From NCBI RefSeq assembly GCF_963853765.1, contig NC_088854.1:186001-250000 (forward strand): a DNA stretch of 64,000 bases, in the 5' to 3' direction. Every line of letters starts with the position of its first letter. The first letter of the stretch is position 1. A model generated the notes under the pieces. That model saw nothing but the letters and a program-made list of their open reading frames with translations, was not told the origin of the DNA and did no database searches. Origin of the DNA: Magallana gigas. Taxonomy: Eukaryota. The position numbers and the translations under genes are program-made. Below, one piece after another: positions 61,710 through 64,000 of the stretch.

Positions 61710-61993
61710 ATGAAAGTATTTATTTGCTTTTTGCAGATCTCTTAAATGCATTGATTAAAATATACCTGTCGATATATTCAGAGAAGAAAACATATTTCAG
61801 AATTTCCTCAGATTTTTTTCAAGTCATCTGTAGGAGTATGGCTTATAATTATACAGTGATTATCATTTCTTATAATCTTAAATATATTTGTCTTTCAGAG
61901 AGTATTCAGTTTGAGTAACAAGACCTTTGGTGGCCAAGGAACAATCACATACAGTTGGCAAAAAGCCTTAGGGAACTACTTGGCAACTACAGG
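61710..61993 (+). CDS. WDR19: WDR19/IFT144 copy B, exons 1-2 only within the window
   Basis: Exons 61710-61715 (ATGAAA|GT) and 61899-61993. Protein identical to copy A, with one synonymous change seen. Confidence 0.88.
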
Positions 61994-62063
61994 GTAATTT
62001 TTTCTGTTTTATGACAGTGTGATTATGTTTGTACATGATAATTTTTTCTGAATCAAGTATGTA

Positions 62064-62408
62064 ATATGTTTTACGGTGTAACCGTTTGGAGGGCGAAGCC
62101 AATATAAATGGGGCTAGATCACTAGATGCCCTTTTAATCGTCTCTGGCATCATAAATTGTTTTGTTTGGACACTAATCTTATTGCTTATTAAATTTGTTC
62201 AAGCCCGGCCCAGATATGCTATAGACTACAGTCTGCCCCAGGTTACTGTTTCCATCACATTTTGAAAATGTTATAGAAAAAAAATACAATTGAAATCCTT
62301 CATTAAAACATCTTTTTTTTACTCAGATTTTCACAGGAAAGAAAAATTTATCATTTGCAATACAAATCTCCATAGATTTTTATTTAACAGCCGCTTTTTC
62401 AGCCGAAC

Positions 62409-62477
<69 letters not shown>

Positions 62478-64000
62478 TTCAAATACAAAAACCTGTAAAC
62501 AAATTTTCATTCTGGTATGTAAATAAATTTTGTTTGAACACTGAAATATTTCTTCTTCATATGCCAAGGGTTTGTGATCCGCACCGCTCCTAGAGATCAC
62601 AGTCCCTTGGCTAGCAAAGGTAGGGATATTTATGAATAACTAATAATGAAGCAAAAAATCTTGGGACAGTTAAAATTATTTTGATTCTATCAATATACAT
62701 GTGTATTATTTTGATGTCTTATTGTCTAGTCTGAAGTAATTTATACATATATTGGATAATACCTGGCTGCAGCTACATGTAGTATCTACATCGCAGATCT
62801 CTGGATAATTTCTAAGCATGAAGTATTTTAACTTTTTACTCCCTTATTTCAAATGTATGCATTAAACATGAATTAAAGAGTAATGACGTATATTTTTTTA
62901 AAATAAGAAAATCAATTTATCTTGAGAATATTTCACTTGTATGGAAAGATATTAATAAGATTATTTTTGGTCCCTAAATTCACTAAAATTTGTCATCCAA
63001 ACACTGAATTATTAAACATTCAATGATTGATTTGTGCATTAAAACTAGAGAATTGAGATAGTACCCAAGCTAATTCACATAATAAGGTGCAAATGATGTC
63101 CTTCATGTATATTGTACATTCCGGGGTGTATAATTTAATCTGAGTTTGTCTGACAAATGTCTTACATTTAGTGTTCAATGCATATTTGTGATTGTGAATG
63201 CAGATCAGTAATTCCTATTATAAATAATTTTTAAGTATTTAAAAAAAATGCTTATTACTCGAAATAATCTCCCTATTTGCTTTTATTTTTGTGGCGGTTT
63301 GGGAGTACTTTGAACATTTATTGTATTTTTTAATCATATACGAATGGTTTACACATTTTGGGGTGGGGGGGGGGGGGGGTGATGTAGAATGGGGAAATAT
63401 TTTACAATGTGTCTGTCAAAGATTAGGATGTCTACACAATTAAGTTTTGATTATCTTTTGTTTTATATTGAATTAGTTATTGGTCGTAACTTATTTTTTT
63501 ATTTATTTTGATAATTAATTTAAATTCTGGGTACGAAATGACCTGGGTATGAGTATGTTAGGCTGCGATTTGAGATGAAACCTAAAAATGAAATTTCAAA
63601 TTGAAAGTTGGGGAAAAATCGTCTTTGGTGTTTTTATATAGTTATCAGAAAGCAAATTTAATTCAAATACATGATGTTATATTTAATAGCAATGAATTAA
63701 AACTGCTTCACTGTTGGGACACGTTTTTTGTCCAATCAGATGTCCTGAAATTCATTTAATCGGATCTAATGCAACTGTTGAAAGTTGTAGAAAACGAAAA
63801 TTTGTTTTCTTAATTAGGAATTAATTTTTCAAGAACACACTAGGTAAGTTTGAATGTACTTATCACTCATTAAACAAAGCTGATAAATTATCACCAAACG
63901 TGAAGTTAGTACGAGATTCAAATTCAACATGGACGCCGGTGATGTCACTGCGCGTGAAGTTATTCTTTTTTCCTCCATCTTGGAAATGTTTTTCAACTTC
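62064..64000. other. Sequence absent from copy A in WDR19 intron 2 (probable TE insertion, unclassified); contains (AG)n at 62414-62474
   Basis: Abrupt loss of homology after AAGTATGTA. WDR19 exon 3, 1.38 kb downstream of exon 2 in copy A, is not seen in these 1.9 kb. Confidence 0.5.

Larger units (their letters stand above)
44062..62063. repeat. Segmental duplicate or haplotype copy B (matches 1-22582)
   Basis: See copy A. Confidence 0.97.

Overview
AT-rich eukaryotic genomic DNA, most likely from a crassostreid oyster (inferred from Cg170/HindIII-like ~166-bp satellite inside Helentron-type elements and typical bivalve MITEs). Two near-identical copies of an ~18-22 kb block are present (1-22582 and 44062-62063). 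Each carries a spliced ACSF2-type acyl-CoA synthetase gene on the minus strand (copy B complete: 15 exons, ~581 aa; copy A lacks the last two exons, which lie left of the window). Each ACSF2 is head-to-head with WDR19/IFT144, with only 72 bp between the start codons if the candidate ACSF2 exon 1 is right. The WDR19 in copy A can be followed for 14 exons (~516 codons) and then stops. It is followed by a nested L1/Tx1 LINE > rolling-circle-like element > young but disabled BEL/Pao LTR retrotransposon, and then by the 3' end of ACSF2 copy B. The most striking pattern is that at least 7 of 14 ACSF2 introns, and probably some WDR19 introns, begin or end with tandem copies of the adjacent exon end plus its splice site. 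These range from long near-perfect arrays (67-bp donor array, 56-bp acceptor array) to single decayed relics. Copy A alone has a 4.65-kb IS3EU-like element in the donor array, carrying a CACTA-like element and a hAT-like MITE. All alignments and counts were made by eye; no database searches were run.
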